In this document: piece by piece, positions 28,395 to 37,671 of the stretch
Layout of the letters: the number at the start of each line of letters is the position of its first letter
How positions within the stretch are numbered: the stretch's first letter is position 1
Assembly: GCA_964409615.1 (NCBI GenBank)
Contig: CAYPDT010000001.1
Coordinates: 243,880-307,879, forward strand
DNA from: an uncultured Candidatus Saccharibacteria bacterium
GTDB taxonomy: Bacteria > Patescibacteriota > Saccharimonadia > Saccharimonadales > AWTP1-31
Length of the DNA: 64,000 bases
Reading direction: 5' to 3'
Translations under genes and position numbers: made by a program
The notes under the pieces: generated by a model
The model's input: only the letters and a program-made list of their open reading frames with translations
Databases searched by the model: none
What the model was told of the DNA's origin: nothing

Positions 28395-29183
28395 ATGAAA
28401 CACCTCGAAACTGCAGACGCAATCGCCTTACGCGACATATCTGCGCTGGCATTACAACTGGTCGATAATCGATACGGGCAAAGCCCAGATTCATCACCTA
28501 AACCGGCTGACTTCAAGAGCTACCACAATGGGCTACACACTCGTAATGTCATGCAAGACTTTTCGGTGCTTGCCACTGCGCACGGCCTATCCCCCTTGCT
28601 TCATGCCGTTGGTAGCGCAGCAAGCGCCGCACACGACCTAGATCAAAACCTTGGTAGTGGCAGTAACGAAAGTGCATCAGGCACATGGCTACAAACTCAG
28701 ATTGAGCGGCGCACAAACCCTGAGCACCGATACGCACAGATGGGTATGCTTGCTGTTCTAGGCACAGAACCAGTTATGGATGGCTTCGTCATGACAGGTC
28801 AGAAAGCCAGCCAGCAAGACTACCGCAGCGCTGATGAAGAACTTGTTGCCAAATTAGTTGCCAGCGCCGACCTTGGTCGACTGTACTCGGCTGACGGCCC
28901 GTACACAGCACACCTGCTGGCACGAGAGTTTGCTGGCGAGCCTGAAGACGACAACGTGGCCTACCAAAAACTATTAGCCTTTCAACGGAATCAACCAGCA
29001 TTCTTAGAGGCTTATCATTACCCCCTTGTTTCGGCCGCCAGATTGTTGATGTGCCATGAAGTAGCCGTGAAGCACTACGCTGAAGAACTAATTGGCAAAC
29101 TTGAACAAGGCCAAGTTACCAGCTGGCAAGACGTGTTAGAACACGATGCCGCCTTTGCCAAAAAAACTCTAGCGCTTGATTAA
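28395..29183 (+). CDS. Hypothetical protein, possible HD-domain phosphohydrolase
   Basis: SD AAGGAG lies 6 nt before the ATG at 28395. An H..HD pattern is present (YHNGLHT ... SAAHDLD). Confidence 0.4.
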   Translation: MKHLETADAIALRDISALALQLVDNRYGQSPDSSPKPADFKSYHNGLHTRNVMQDFSVLATAHGLSPLLHAVGSAASAAHDLDQNLGSGSNESASGTWLQTQIERRTNPEHRYAQMGMLAVLGTEPVMDGFVMTGQKASQQDYRSADEELVAKLVASADLGRLYSADGPYTAHLLAREFAGEPEDDNVAYQKLLAFQRNQPAFLEAYHYPLVSAARLLMCHEVAVKHYAEELIGKLEQGQVTSWQDVLEHDAAFAKKTLALD

Positions 29184-29588
29184 CAAATATGGTTTGGTGA
29201 AAAAGACAGCCAGTTTCGGTCGCCTATTACTGGTCTTGATTAAATGCGTATGCTGATGGTTAACCGAACGATTTACGAATCCAACGCCCCTAGCGTAAAT
29301 GCTATAGCCCCGTGATTCATAATCGGCAATAACGTTGATGAGTGAGGTGCGTTCTTCGGCATCTAGTTGTGTTAACGCTTCTACATGACGCTTCGGCACT
29401 ACTAGTAAGTGCTCTTGCACATCGAACAGTTCCCACAAATCGTACTTAGTGAGGTTATGAAGTACGTACACATGCTTGTCTTCATATACGGCTTTCGCCA
29501 GTGTTTCTGGCAGGCAGAACGGACAGTTATGTGGATCTTTGCGAGCTCGATATACTTTTATAGTTTTTCTATAGTGATGCACAAACAA
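29169..29588 (-). CDS. HIT-family protein
   Basis: Histidine triad NHQHTHLI near the C-terminus, and an N-terminal CPFC. Confidence 0.7.
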   Translation of the reverse strand: MFVHHYRKTIKVYRARKDPHNCPFCLPETLAKAVYEDKHVYVLHNLTKYDLWELFDVQEHLLVVPKRHVEALTQLDAEERTSLINVIADYESRGYSIYARGVGFVNRSVNHQHTHLIKTSNRRPKLAVFFTKPYLLIKR

Positions 29589-29601
29589 TATGATACCACT
29601 A

Positions 29602-29910
29602 CTACCCTCTGCTACGAGACTTTATGACACCAAGAAGTATACCCATAGTTGCCCACGTGCTCGTATATGCAAGAAAACCGCGTGTCAGTAGCTTGAACCC
29701 GCCGCTAAATCCACCCCCGGCTAGTGGAGTTTTCTGAATCTCAAAAAGTTCGAGGGAGCCAATTTTCCCAATAACTACGCCGCTACCGTTGCTTAATTGC
29801 GCCGAGTTAGCAATCAACATAACACCAAACAACACTCCAGCTATAAACAGTGTTGTCAACAAGCTGGTGAGTATTACTTTTTGACGATTAGATGTGTCAA
29901 GAACGACCAT
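29602..29910 (-). CDS. Small membrane protein (2 TM), last gene of the ABC cluster
   Basis: Two hydrophobic helices. It overlaps the upstream permease gene by 14 nt. Confidence 0.5.
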   Translation of the reverse strand: MVVLDTSNRQKVILTSLLTTLFIAGVLFGVMLIANSAQLSNGSGVVIGKIGSLELFEIQKTPLAGGGFSGGFKLLTRGFLAYTSTWATMGILLGVIKSRSRG

Positions 29911-31243
29911 ATGATTTTCTCCTTACATTTTCAATTACGTATACAATAATTCCACCTCCGCACGCAGCGATGAACCATCGCAAGGTTTGCATGCCATAAC
30001 TCAACGATGAGAAGTGCATGATTCGAGGGATTGCTACAAGTGATGCACTGGCCAGCACGCCTGTAAAAAATTGCACACCGGCCTCTCCTTCTCCAGGCAC
30101 GAAAAGTGTACTTGCAAATAACCCAGAAATACCGCAAAACACATGGAGTGAGACAAACAAAAACAGGAAAGCTACCAGGTTATCAGCTTGAACCAACAAG
30201 CACAGCGCCAAAGGAGCACCAATGAGAAAACTCATCAAAACTACCGCCCTAAGTTCTGACCAAACCAAGCCAGATACACCATTTATTAGCACGATTTCTG
30301 GTGGTTTATGCCTGCGAAAAAGACCACGGACATCACCCGCGAAACTTGCGGCTAAAATTGCACCAATCATCAATAACCCGTATGGGTCGGAAACTGTCTT
30401 GCTTTTTACTACGATACTTATAGCCACTATAGCGTCTAGAACAAATGCTAAACATAGCGAATTGCGCGTGCGCTTATTTCGCCAGACCTTAACCAATAAC
30501 CAACTTCTCGCCGACACTATATTTGGGATTAGCGACACTGTTATGTCGCCATGACTCAAGTTATCGAGTCTGCCAGTCTGTCTACGACTAGCACTAATCC
30601 CAATAATAGGTAGTAGCAGCACACAACTCGCCAGGCAAGCAATCAACTTTCTCTTGCCCACACCTGAACTCGTCAAAGATAATTCAACTAGCCAGACACC
30701 ACCACCAACAACCGCGGCATATGCAACGGCCTTAAGTAGTAAGCGTCGAGGTCGAGGCAATAAGACAAGCCCGAAACCACTCAGCAGCCCAAGTAACCAG
30801 CTTAGGATAATTAGCAGCTGACTACACTGCAGCCTAGTAGCCAAGTAACCCAGCACTATTCCACCCAACATGCTCATCATGCCTAATGACAGTAAACCCG
30901 GAACTATCCTGACTAACCAGCGCATAGTATTAGATATTGGTAGGAGCAATATTACTTTTTGTAATCCATTCAACTTAATTGCATCGTTGCCGTAGATTGT
31001 CAGCAGAAGTAAACCGCTCAAAACAAAGCCGGTAAGAAGACACAAATTAACGGCTAATTGCTGAGGTATGGACGTTGGCAATCCAGCCTTGGCAATAATT
31101 TTGGTAAATATCATACCCAAGCCAATCGCAGCCGCGTATCCAACTGTTAATCGAGTTAACAATGCCTCTCTTGGTCGATACGCCCCTCGTGCGAAAGCCA
31201 CAACCAAAACAGCTTGCCACAAAAGACTATAGCGACTGCGCAT
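29897..31243 (-). CDS. Polytopic membrane protein, putative ABC permease partner
   Basis: At least 10 predicted hydrophobic helices. It overlaps the ABC ATPase stop by 17 nt. Confidence 0.55.
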   Translation of the reverse strand: MRSRYSLLWQAVLVVAFARGAYRPREALLTRLTVGYAAAIGLGMIFTKIIAKAGLPTSIPQQLAVNLCLLTGFVLSGLLLLTIYGNDAIKLNGLQKVILLLPISNTMRWLVRIVPGLLSLGMMSMLGGIVLGYLATRLQCSQLLIILSWLLGLLSGFGLVLLPRPRRLLLKAVAYAAVVGGGVWLVELSLTSSGVGKRKLIACLASCVLLLPIIGISASRRQTGRLDNLSHGDITVSLIPNIVSARSWLLVKVWRNKRTRNSLCLAFVLDAIVAISIVVKSKTVSDPYGLLMIGAILAASFAGDVRGLFRRHKPPEIVLINGVSGLVWSELRAVVLMSFLIGAPLALCLLVQADNLVAFLFLFVSLHVFCGISGLFASTLFVPGEGEAGVQFFTGVLASASLVAIPRIMHFSSLSYGMQTLRWFIAACGGGIIVYVIENVRRKSYGRS

Positions 31244-31967
31244 AATGCTCCATAAATCCCACCTCTAGGCTGCCGTATTTTTCAATAATATGTTTAGTGA
31301 AATCGTTGAGCACAACTTGCCCCCTCCGAATCATTACAATCTCATCTGCAAATCGCTCTGCCCACCATAAGTCATGCGTAGCTGCGATAATTGCTGTGCC
31401 GCCAGCCTGTTTTCGTTTTAACAGCTTTTCGGCCTTGATGATAGCGATTGGATCTAGGCCGTTGCGCAATTCATCAACAACAATAAATCGTGGCTCATGA
31501 AGCAAGCCTGCAATTATTTGCACTTTTTTCTTGTTGCCATGGCTCAACCCTCCGAGCTGTTGATCAAAACTTGTAAAGAGAAGTTCTTCAGCAAGCTCCG
31601 CAGAACGCATAACCATACGCTTCTTACTACCGGCGATTGTCTGGACACTTGCCAGTAGTTCAAAATACTCTCGTGCAGTAAGCTCTGGAATGAGCCAGGT
31701 ATCGTCATCGGGGATGAAGCCAAGCGCTCGCTTTACATAGATATTGTCTGTATGTGATTCTGCTTCACACACCCTGACTGTGCCAGAGTCAGGCTGCACC
31801 AAGCCGACAATCGACTCTATAAGTGTGGTTTTGCCACTACCGTTTGCCCCAACGATACAGACTACACTGCCAGGTGTAAGATTCATGAAAGGTACAGCAA
31901 GCTGAAACTTCCCTCTTCGTACTTTTAATTCATGTATTGTGAGTATCAGTTTCTGTCTACTTCTCAT
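31227..31967 (-). CDS. ABC transporter ATP-binding protein
   Basis: Walker A GANGSGKTT, signature LSHGNKKKV, Walker B FIVVDE, H-loop ATHD. Start placed at the ATG at 31967, which has SD GGAGG 8 nt upstream. Confidence 0.85.
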   Translation of the reverse strand: MRSRQKLILTIHELKVRRGKFQLAVPFMNLTPGSVVCIVGANGSGKTTLIESIVGLVQPDSGTVRVCEAESHTDNIYVKRALGFIPDDDTWLIPELTAREYFELLASVQTIAGSKKRMVMRSAELAEELLFTSFDQQLGGLSHGNKKKVQIIAGLLHEPRFIVVDELRNGLDPIAIIKAEKLLKRKQAGGTAIIAATHDLWWAERFADEIVMIRRGQVVLNDFTKHIIEKYGSLEVGFMEHYAQSL

Positions 31968-32778
31968 GGTATTGCCTCCAGATTTTTCGAACTGTTTTCC
32001 CGTCGCCATATTCTGGTAGCCAACTTGCTACATGAAACACAGCGACAGCAGCCACTGATGCAGCCACAAAAGTGTCTCTGCTGGTACACATCAAGCTCAC
32101 AACAATAACGGCTGCCACTCCACCAAGTGGCCCCAGTAATGCTGAAGTAACTTCATCTACGGTACTTAGTGGTGGATGCAATATGCCGATACGAACACCA
32201 CGAGAAATTACCGCAACGGACTTTTTACTACGTTTTGCGATGAACATATGTATTGCTTCGTGAACAATCGTGGATATCCAGACAGTTACTAGCAAAAGTA
32301 CGTGTGCTTCTACGAACACCCATCCACCAACTCCACCGAAAGTTGTAACTCCAGCCACCACAGTCGTTACCCATACAAGCAACCTGCATGATTGACTTGT
32401 TGCTCTCACAACACTCCAAATAGTGCTTTTATATCGCCGAGACTGAACTGGCAGCGATACACCACGTAAGCGGAATATTATTTTTCTTATAGTGTGAATA
32501 TAGTGTTCCCATAATGAACGATGCACCATAAGTCCACCAATATCATTAAGAAACATAATAACGCTCGCAATTTCATCTTCGGCAAGTGTACAGGTTTTGA
32601 TGATATGCCTAATCCGTACTGGCTGCCTTAGCATATTCACCATTGGTATTGCAGCCGGAAGCACTACATGGGATGCTCCAGCGGCAGTGTCCATAAGCTG
32701 ATTACCATACAATGCCAACCCCGTTGCTAGTTCAATACAATCTTGTTCGGTGACAAGACCAAGTGTTTTGTTGAACAT
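31957..32778 (-). CDS. Membrane-embedded HExxH zinc-protease-like protein with N-terminal soluble (PqqD/RRE-like?) domain
   Basis: HEAIH sits within a hydrophobic segment (WISTIVHEAIHMFIA), and there are 4-5 TM helices. The ~90-aa N-terminal domain ends ..LAEDEIASVIMFLNDIGGLMV, which resembles peptide-binding PqqD-like domains. That last point is tentative. Confidence 0.55.
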   Translation of the reverse strand: MFNKTLGLVTEQDCIELATGLALYGNQLMDTAAGASHVVLPAAIPMVNMLRQPVRIRHIIKTCTLAEDEIASVIMFLNDIGGLMVHRSLWEHYIHTIRKIIFRLRGVSLPVQSRRYKSTIWSVVRATSQSCRLLVWVTTVVAGVTTFGGVGGWVFVEAHVLLLVTVWISTIVHEAIHMFIAKRSKKSVAVISRGVRIGILHPPLSTVDEVTSALLGPLGGVAAVIVVSLMCTSRDTFVAASVAAVAVFHVASWLPEYGDGKTVRKIWRQYHEK

Positions 32779-32784
32779 GGCTTA

Positions 32785-32982
32785 CTATCTACAAACAAAA
32801 GATGCTCTCATCGACTTCCAGTCCATGGAGACACTTTTAGCACCCTTCCAACCGCAAAGTATTACTGCAGCGATAGTACTAGAGCCGACCATAAGTACCC
32901 AAGCTAAAGCAACTGCTATTACAATCCCTTCCTTGGCCACATACTGCGCCGAACTATCGGCAATGACTAACGAATCAACCAT
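32785..32982 (-). CDS. Small hydrophobic protein/peptide (65 aa), first gene of the cluster
   Basis: Strong SD AGGAGGG lies 6 nt before the ATG at 32982. The stop is 6 nt before the next gene. It has one central hydrophobic helix. Confidence 0.5.
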   Translation of the reverse strand: MVDSLVIADSSAQYVAKEGIVIAVALAWVLMVGSSTIAAVILCGWKGAKSVSMDWKSMRASFVCR

Positions 32983-33218
32983 AACTCACCCTCCTAATTT
33001 GTTATGTAGCTTTGCGTAGATCTATCGCATCTCCAGTTCTAGCTTTATGGATATTTAAAGTCAATTTGGCAATAAGCATGACTTGGGGCACAAGCCTATT
33101 CGTTATTATTGTTGTAGCTGATATTCCGATGTATAAAATAACTTAAATGATGCAACTTCTACAACGTAGATTAAGGCCATGCTTTACTAGTATCCTGCCA
33201 TGTCATATGCTACTCATC

Positions 33219-33509
33219 ATGAACAATGACCTCCAAAAACTCAGGGACCAGCTCGACGATATAGATGCCAAGATTATTCATTTGCTCGGTCAACGTTTTG
33301 CAGTAACGCAACAAGTTGGTGAGCTGAAAAAGCATAGTGATATGCCTCCAGTCGACCCTTCGCGTGAAGCTCGACAAATGGAACGCATCTCTCAATTAGC
33401 GCAACAGGCCAAAGTTAACCCAGTGCTTGCCCAAGCAATATTGCGGTTAATAATCGACGAGGTTGTGCGTAATCATCGAGCACTACGCAGCAGCACGAGC
33501 GCTTCGTAA
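33219..33509 (+). CDS. Chorismate mutase (AroQ class)
   Basis: Single helical-domain pattern: LRDQLDDIDAKIIHLLGQRFAVTQQVGELKK..PVDPSREARQMERI.. Start placed at M25 (33219). Confidence 0.7.
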   Translation: MNNDLQKLRDQLDDIDAKIIHLLGQRFAVTQQVGELKKHSDMPPVDPSREARQMERISQLAQQAKVNPVLAQAILRLIIDEVVRNHRALRSSTSAS

Positions 33510-34286
33510 AACATTCTCGAACAAAGCACACACTGTCAGTGGGCCTACACCACCTTTTTCGGGTGTAATTGTAATGCCCTGCAACTCTCGGACATTCGGA
33601 GCAATATCACCAGATAATCCATTAGAATCCGTTGCAACGCCAGCATCTACAATAATTGCGTCAGCTTTCACCATGTCGGCGGTAATCAGGCCTGGCACGC
33701 CAGTAGCGCAAACCAAAATATCAGCTTCACGGGCAACTTCAGCTAAATTGTTTGTCTTTTTATCCACAACTGTCACTAGCAAGCCAGAAGCTCGCCATAA
33801 CTCAGAAAGTGGCTTGCCGACCAAACGACCATTGCCCACGATAACAATATTCTTGCCAGGCAGGTTAACGTTGTATCCCGCCAATAGCCAGTTAATGGCC
33901 ATAGGTGTAGCTGGATCAAAATTTGTTTTAGCTGCTAAACCATCAACGTCTTTTGAAGCGCTAACAGCGTTAAGAATTTCATTAGTCTGTGTAGTATCTG
34001 GCAAAGGAATTTGCACAATAATACCGTGTATTGACGAATCATTATTAAGCTCGGTAATGGTTGCCAATGCATCTTTTTGATTGATGGTATGCACGTCTAC
34101 CATAACTTGTATGTCATCACCGTATTTCTGCTTAAGATGCATGTAGCTATCCACTACAGGGTCAGGATTAGTACGTATAATTGCAAGTCGCGGCGTAATA
34201 TGACTACCTTGGATAAGGGAGCGCGCGTCGCGAGCCTGACGCTCTTTAATATAGCTGGCCAAATCTGACCCATTTAGTAACTTCAT
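33483..34286 (-). CDS. folD: Bifunctional methylenetetrahydrofolate dehydrogenase/cyclohydrolase
   Basis: The N-terminus MKLLNGSDLASYIKERQ matches the usual FolD N-terminus. Also GKNIVIVGNGRLVGKPL and PEKGGVGPLTVCALFENV. Confidence 0.85.
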   Translation of the reverse strand: MKLLNGSDLASYIKERQARDARSLIQGSHITPRLAIIRTNPDPVVDSYMHLKQKYGDDIQVMVDVHTINQKDALATITELNNDSSIHGIIVQIPLPDTTQTNEILNAVSASKDVDGLAAKTNFDPATPMAINWLLAGYNVNLPGKNIVIVGNGRLVGKPLSELWRASGLLVTVVDKKTNNLAEVAREADILVCATGVPGLITADMVKADAIIVDAGVATDSNGLSGDIAPNVRELQGITITPEKGGVGPLTVCALFENVLRSARAAA

Positions 34287-34348
34287 TACCCATAGTATAA
34301 CAGAGATGGAGCTAGTAGTTCTCAAACCTACTACACCACATTTTAGGT

Positions 34349-34373
34349 GTTTCCAAGGTCGGACCTTGGAAAC
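34349..34373. repeat. REP-like palindrome copy a (GTTTCCAAGGTC-G-GACCTTGGAAAC)
   Basis: Perfect 12-bp arms around a central G. It lies between the crp-like stop and the folD start. The same 25-mer recurs at 51844 and, nearly, at 63296 and 63340. Confidence 0.8.
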
Positions 34374-34377
34374 AAGG

Positions 34378-35025
34378 TTAGAGGAAGGACTTAAGTTTTG
34401 CGGTGTCCTTCAATAGAATGAACGACCGCTTTGCCTCAATCAGCCCCTTTTGCTCTAAGGCTGCAAGTTCTCGACCTGTAGTTTCGCGCGAAGCGTTAAT
34501 AGAACTAGCAATATCTTGCTGCCTGAGCGGCACATTCAGTAGCATGCCCTCATCAGTCTTACTTCCAAAGCGCTTAGCTGAACCAAGCAAAAAAGAAATT
34601 AGTCGTTCTCTAACCGTGCGATACTCAAGACTCATGATTCGCTCGCTATGAATCCGGTACATCTCTATTGTCATATCTAATACTGGCGCCAGTGCATCTG
34701 GGTGGCTGTACAGGTAGTCTAAATATTGTTTGCGCGTAATCCTCCAAACGGTTACGTCAGATAGTGCTTGGTAGATAACACTGCGCTCTTGGCCAGTAAT
34801 GGCCCAGATTAATGGGAATATTTCGTGCTCTTTACGAATAATAAGCAGGTTTTCTTCACCGTATTTTGTGATGTCAAAGGCCTTGATAAGACCTGTCTCG
34901 ATATAAAAAACCGCCGAAGGCTGCTCGCCCGGGCGGATAATGAACTCGTTTTTACTATACTTCAGGCATGTACCCTGCTTGAAGGTCTGGATAAGGGTGT
35001 TGGTTTGTTTTTCAGTAGCCAACAT
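34378..35025 (-). CDS. Crp/Fnr-family transcriptional regulator
   Basis: cNMP-binding-like beta-barrel N-terminus and C-terminal HTH (IASSINASRETTGRELAALEQKGLI). Confidence 0.75.
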   Translation of the reverse strand: MLATEKQTNTLIQTFKQGTCLKYSKNEFIIRPGEQPSAVFYIETGLIKAFDITKYGEENLLIIRKEHEIFPLIWAITGQERSVIYQALSDVTVWRITRKQYLDYLYSHPDALAPVLDMTIEMYRIHSERIMSLEYRTVRERLISFLLGSAKRFGSKTDEGMLLNVPLRQQDIASSINASRETTGRELAALEQKGLIEAKRSFILLKDTAKLKSFL

Positions 35026-35161
35026 ATATTAATTATGCCAGAAAATTGCGATTAAACTAGCCTCGAATGTGCGAAATGTCACACCGCCAAAGTGAGCTTG
35101 TTGGCTGTAGCTAAAACACAATCAGCATATAGTAGAAGTTGTTAAGCAGGAGGTGCGTAAC

Positions 35162-35761
35162 ATGGTTGACCCGCGTATAGTCAAACAGCAACTAGACCGG
35201 CTGGGCGTACAGTTCGCCTTTGTTGGTCAGGCCGAAGCAAATGAACTCCCGCAAATTCTCATGGAAGGCGAAGAAGTACAGCATGTTATCGTGGGGCGTT
35301 ACAGTGGCGGCTTCGCCATAATGTGCGCCACCAACTTACGGCTCCTCTTAATCGATAAGAAGCTATTCTTCTTGACTGTCGAAGACATCCGCTACGACAT
35401 GATTGCAGAACTCGATTACGGCCATCAGCTTGTTGGCGCTACCATTCACATACGGAGCTTTAGTAAAGACTTAAAATTCCAAAGCTTTAAAAAACTGAAG
35501 TTGCGAGAATTCACATCATTCGTTCAGCAGAAGGTTATGGAAATACGCCAACAACAAAAAGCTGACAATCCATTGATACCAATCCAAACATTTAGCGACC
35601 GCGACACCGACCTAACTCCTGCCCAGGCACAATCGCTAGTACCGCTGACTGCAGAAACTTGGTATAAAGCTAATCCACCTGCTGCCGTAACTCATCCATA
35701 CACTCAAACACCGTTACTAACTCGCCGTCGAATTGGACGCTTCGACGCAGCCAGTAAGTAA
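35162..35761 (+). CDS. Hypothetical protein, possible bacterial PH-like domain
   Basis: SD AGGAGG lies 8 nt before the ATG at 35162. The segment EEVQHVIVGRYSGGFAIMCATNLRLLLIDKK resembles bacterial PH-domain proteins. Confidence 0.4.
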   Translation: MVDPRIVKQQLDRLGVQFAFVGQAEANELPQILMEGEEVQHVIVGRYSGGFAIMCATNLRLLLIDKKLFFLTVEDIRYDMIAELDYGHQLVGATIHIRSFSKDLKFQSFKKLKLREFTSFVQQKVMEIRQQQKADNPLIPIQTFSDRDTDLTPAQAQSLVPLTAETWYKANPPAAVTHPYTQTPLLTRRRIGRFDAASK

Positions 35762-35762
35762 A

Positions 35763-36233
35763 CTACGCTCGCCTTTGCTCAAGCCGGCGAATACGGATTT
35801 CGTGATTATCATGCTGACTTTGCGTAACTTCATGTGTATCGTCTAGCGCATCGGCAATGGCCACAGAAAGCTCGTGAAAATGCAATGACAACGACGACTC
35901 AAGCTGGTCAATACGTTGCTCTAGTCGTGTGAAGTGTTGACTGTGACTGTCCAAGCGTTTTTCGACTTTCGTAAAATGCTGGTTGTACCCTTGAAGTTGT
36001 TCTTCAAATCGTGTGAACCGCTGGTTGTAACCTTGAAGTTGTTCTTCAAATCGTATGGAACGCTGGCTGTGACTGTCCAAGCGTTTTTTAATTTGCGACA
36101 AGTGCTGCTCGTATGTATCGAGATGCTTTGTAATACCTTGTAGATGCTGGCTATGCGCCATAAGTTGAGATTGAACACCCGAAAAAGCACCACCGATAAA
36201 ATGTTTTAGGTCTGCAACTGCGTCTGTATCCAT
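35763..36233 (-). CDS. Coiled-coil repeat protein (hypothetical)
   Basis: Heptad-like Q/L/H-rich sequence with internal repeats (RFTRFEEQLQGYNQ twice; RLDSHSQ twice). Confidence 0.5.
   Translation of the reverse strand: MDTDAVADLKHFIGGAFSGVQSQLMAHSQHLQGITKHLDTYEQHLSQIKKRLDSHSQRSIRFEEQLQGYNQRFTRFEEQLQGYNQHFTKVEKRLDSHSQHFTRLEQRIDQLESSLSLHFHELSVAIADALDDTHEVTQSQHDNHEIRIRRLEQRRA
35979..36061 (-). repeat. 42-nt tandem coding repeat (2 copies, about 41-42 nt each), flanked by a further 22-nt direct repeat
   Basis: GCTGGTTGTA-ACC(C)TTGAAGTTGTTCTTCAAATCGT.. occurs twice in tandem. CTGTGACTGTCCAAGCGTTTTT occurs at about 35941 and 36066. Confidence 0.7.
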
Positions 36234-36315
36234 GCATTCATGGTATCAGTCTGCTAGTGAGATAGAAATTGCTAACAATAAAAATAGCCCACAAAATGGG
36301 CCAATTTCTTAAATA

Positions 36316-36390
36316 TGGTGCGGGTGGAGGGAATCGAACCCTCGTCCTGAGTTTGGAAAACTCATATACTAGCCGTTGTACGACACCCGC
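36316..36390 (-). tRNA. tRNA-Gly (anticodon TCC), CCA encoded
   Basis: Manual cloverleaf: acceptor GCGGGTG/CACCCGC, anticodon stem TGAGT/ACTCA with loop TTTCCAA, T arm GAGGG-TTCGATT-CCCTC. Confidence 0.85.
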
Positions 36391-36582
36391 GAAGTAAACT
36401 GAAAAAGTAAATTTGGTAGTTTGGCTGTTGGACAGCTGGGCTAGTGTAGCATTTTTTGAACTGTTTTTCTACTGGGCGCAATAAAATGCCACAGCTGCAG
36501 TCAACCATACTTAGGTAACTTTTTCTTCAGAATTCAAGGAGTGATGAGCTATACTATAGCTATCGTTAACAGAAACGACCGT

Positions 36583-36659
36583 GCCCTGATAGCTCAGTTG
36601 GATAGAGCAGGAGACTTCTAAGCTCAAGGTCGGGGGTTCGAATCCCTCTCGGGGCGCCA
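36583..36659 (+). tRNA. tRNA-Arg (anticodon TCT), CCA encoded
   Basis: Acceptor GCCCTGA/TCGGGGC, D arm GCTC-AGTTGGATA-GAGC, anticodon loop CTTCTAA, T arm GGGGG-TTCGAAT-CCCTC. The anticodon stem has only 3 clean pairs (GGAGA/GCTCA). Confidence 0.75.
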
Positions 36660-36692
36660 AACATTCAAACGTAGTACTATATAAGCAGAATT

Positions 36693-37337
36693 ATGCGAAA
36701 ATCTATTTCATCAATAACTGCTCGCCGACGTGTCTTTATATCAATTGCCTGCGGACTGCTTGTTGGTTTAGCCGTGGCCCGTACTGGCCATCCTTATATG
36801 GCAGGCCTTTTAGGATGGGACGTTACAGCCATCACCTTTATGATTCGTCTCTGGCTGCACATCTGGCCGATGAATGAAAAAGAAACTGCTGAGCATGCTA
36901 TGGTCGAAGACCCAACCCGAGCGACCGCATATTCAATTCTGCTCATCGCTAGCCTGGCTAGCTTGGGCGGTGCAGGAGTAATTCTGGCAAAGGCCAGTCA
37001 TGCGCAAGGGAGTCTCGAAGTACTACTGGCCTTATTAGGCGTAGGCAGTGTGGTGGTTTCTTGGTTGATTGTTCACACGCTTTATACGTTGCGTTATACG
37101 GTACTGTACTTTACTCCACCAGAAGGTGGCGTGAGTTTTAATAAAGATATTCGGCCAACCTATAGCGATTTCGCATACCTTGCCTTCACACTTGGCATGA
37201 CATACCAAGTTTCTGACACTGGTTTCGAAACACGTAAGTTTCGAAAGCTGGCACTGACGCACGCATTGTTTTCTTTCTTGTTTGGCACGGCAATTCTTGC
37301 AACCACCATCAACTTACTGGCTGGGCTTGGCCGCTAA
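36693..37337 (+). CDS. DUF1345-family membrane protein
   Basis: The C-terminal half (LYTLRYTVLYF..GGVSF..PTYSDFAYLAFTLGMTYQVSD..RKLALTHALFSFLFGTAILATTINLL) matches the DUF1345 pattern as I remember it. Confidence 0.65.
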   Translation: MRKSISSITARRRVFISIACGLLVGLAVARTGHPYMAGLLGWDVTAITFMIRLWLHIWPMNEKETAEHAMVEDPTRATAYSILLIASLASLGGAGVILAKASHAQGSLEVLLALLGVGSVVVSWLIVHTLYTLRYTVLYFTPPEGGVSFNKDIRPTYSDFAYLAFTLGMTYQVSDTGFETRKFRKLALTHALFSFLFGTAILATTINLLAGLGR

Positions 37338-37398
37338 ACTCACTCACCTGCTCCGGAGTTGTAAAATAGTACCATAACAGATATAATGGGCAAGTTCT

Positions 37399-37476
37399 GG
37401 CGGATGTAGCTCAGTTGGTTAGAGCGTCTGTTTGTGGCACAGAAGGCCGTGGGTTCAATTCCCATCATTCGCCCCA
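37399..37476 (+). tRNA. tRNA-His (anticodon GTG) with encoded G-1 and CCA
   Basis: An extra 5' G pairs with discriminator C. Acceptor GCGGATG/CATTCGC, anticodon stem TCTGT/ACAGA with loop TTGTGGC, T arm GTGGG-TTCAATT-CCCAT. Confidence 0.85.
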
Positions 37477-37496
37477 GAATTCGACTAAAATTAAAA

Positions 37497-37520
37497 AGTG
37501 ACCCAACGTGGTCGCTTTTT
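37497..37520 (+). terminator. Intrinsic terminator after tRNA-His
   Basis: AGTGACC-CAACGT-GGTCGCT stem (one G-U pair) followed by TTTTT. Confidence 0.6.
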
Positions 37521-37524
37521 ATAT

Positions 37525-37671
37525 TTGACAAACAGCTTTTGGCTATGGATAATAGTCGGAATGCAAAGTATGTACGTAATCTGCAAGCGCAAGAAGACCC
37601 ATTTGGGGCTTGTTTTGCTGTAACGTCAAATTACTACATGCATAACTCGACCCCGAAAGGGGTCGTTTTTT
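37525..37671 (+). promoter_or_regulatory. Promoter plus ~110-nt structured leader plus intrinsic terminator (riboswitch/attenuator or sRNA candidate)
   Basis: TTGACA (37525-37530), 17-nt spacer, GATAAT (37548-37553). Terminator CGACCCC-GAAA-GGGGTCG plus T6 at 37648-37671. The next ATG is at 37706. Confidence 0.5.
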
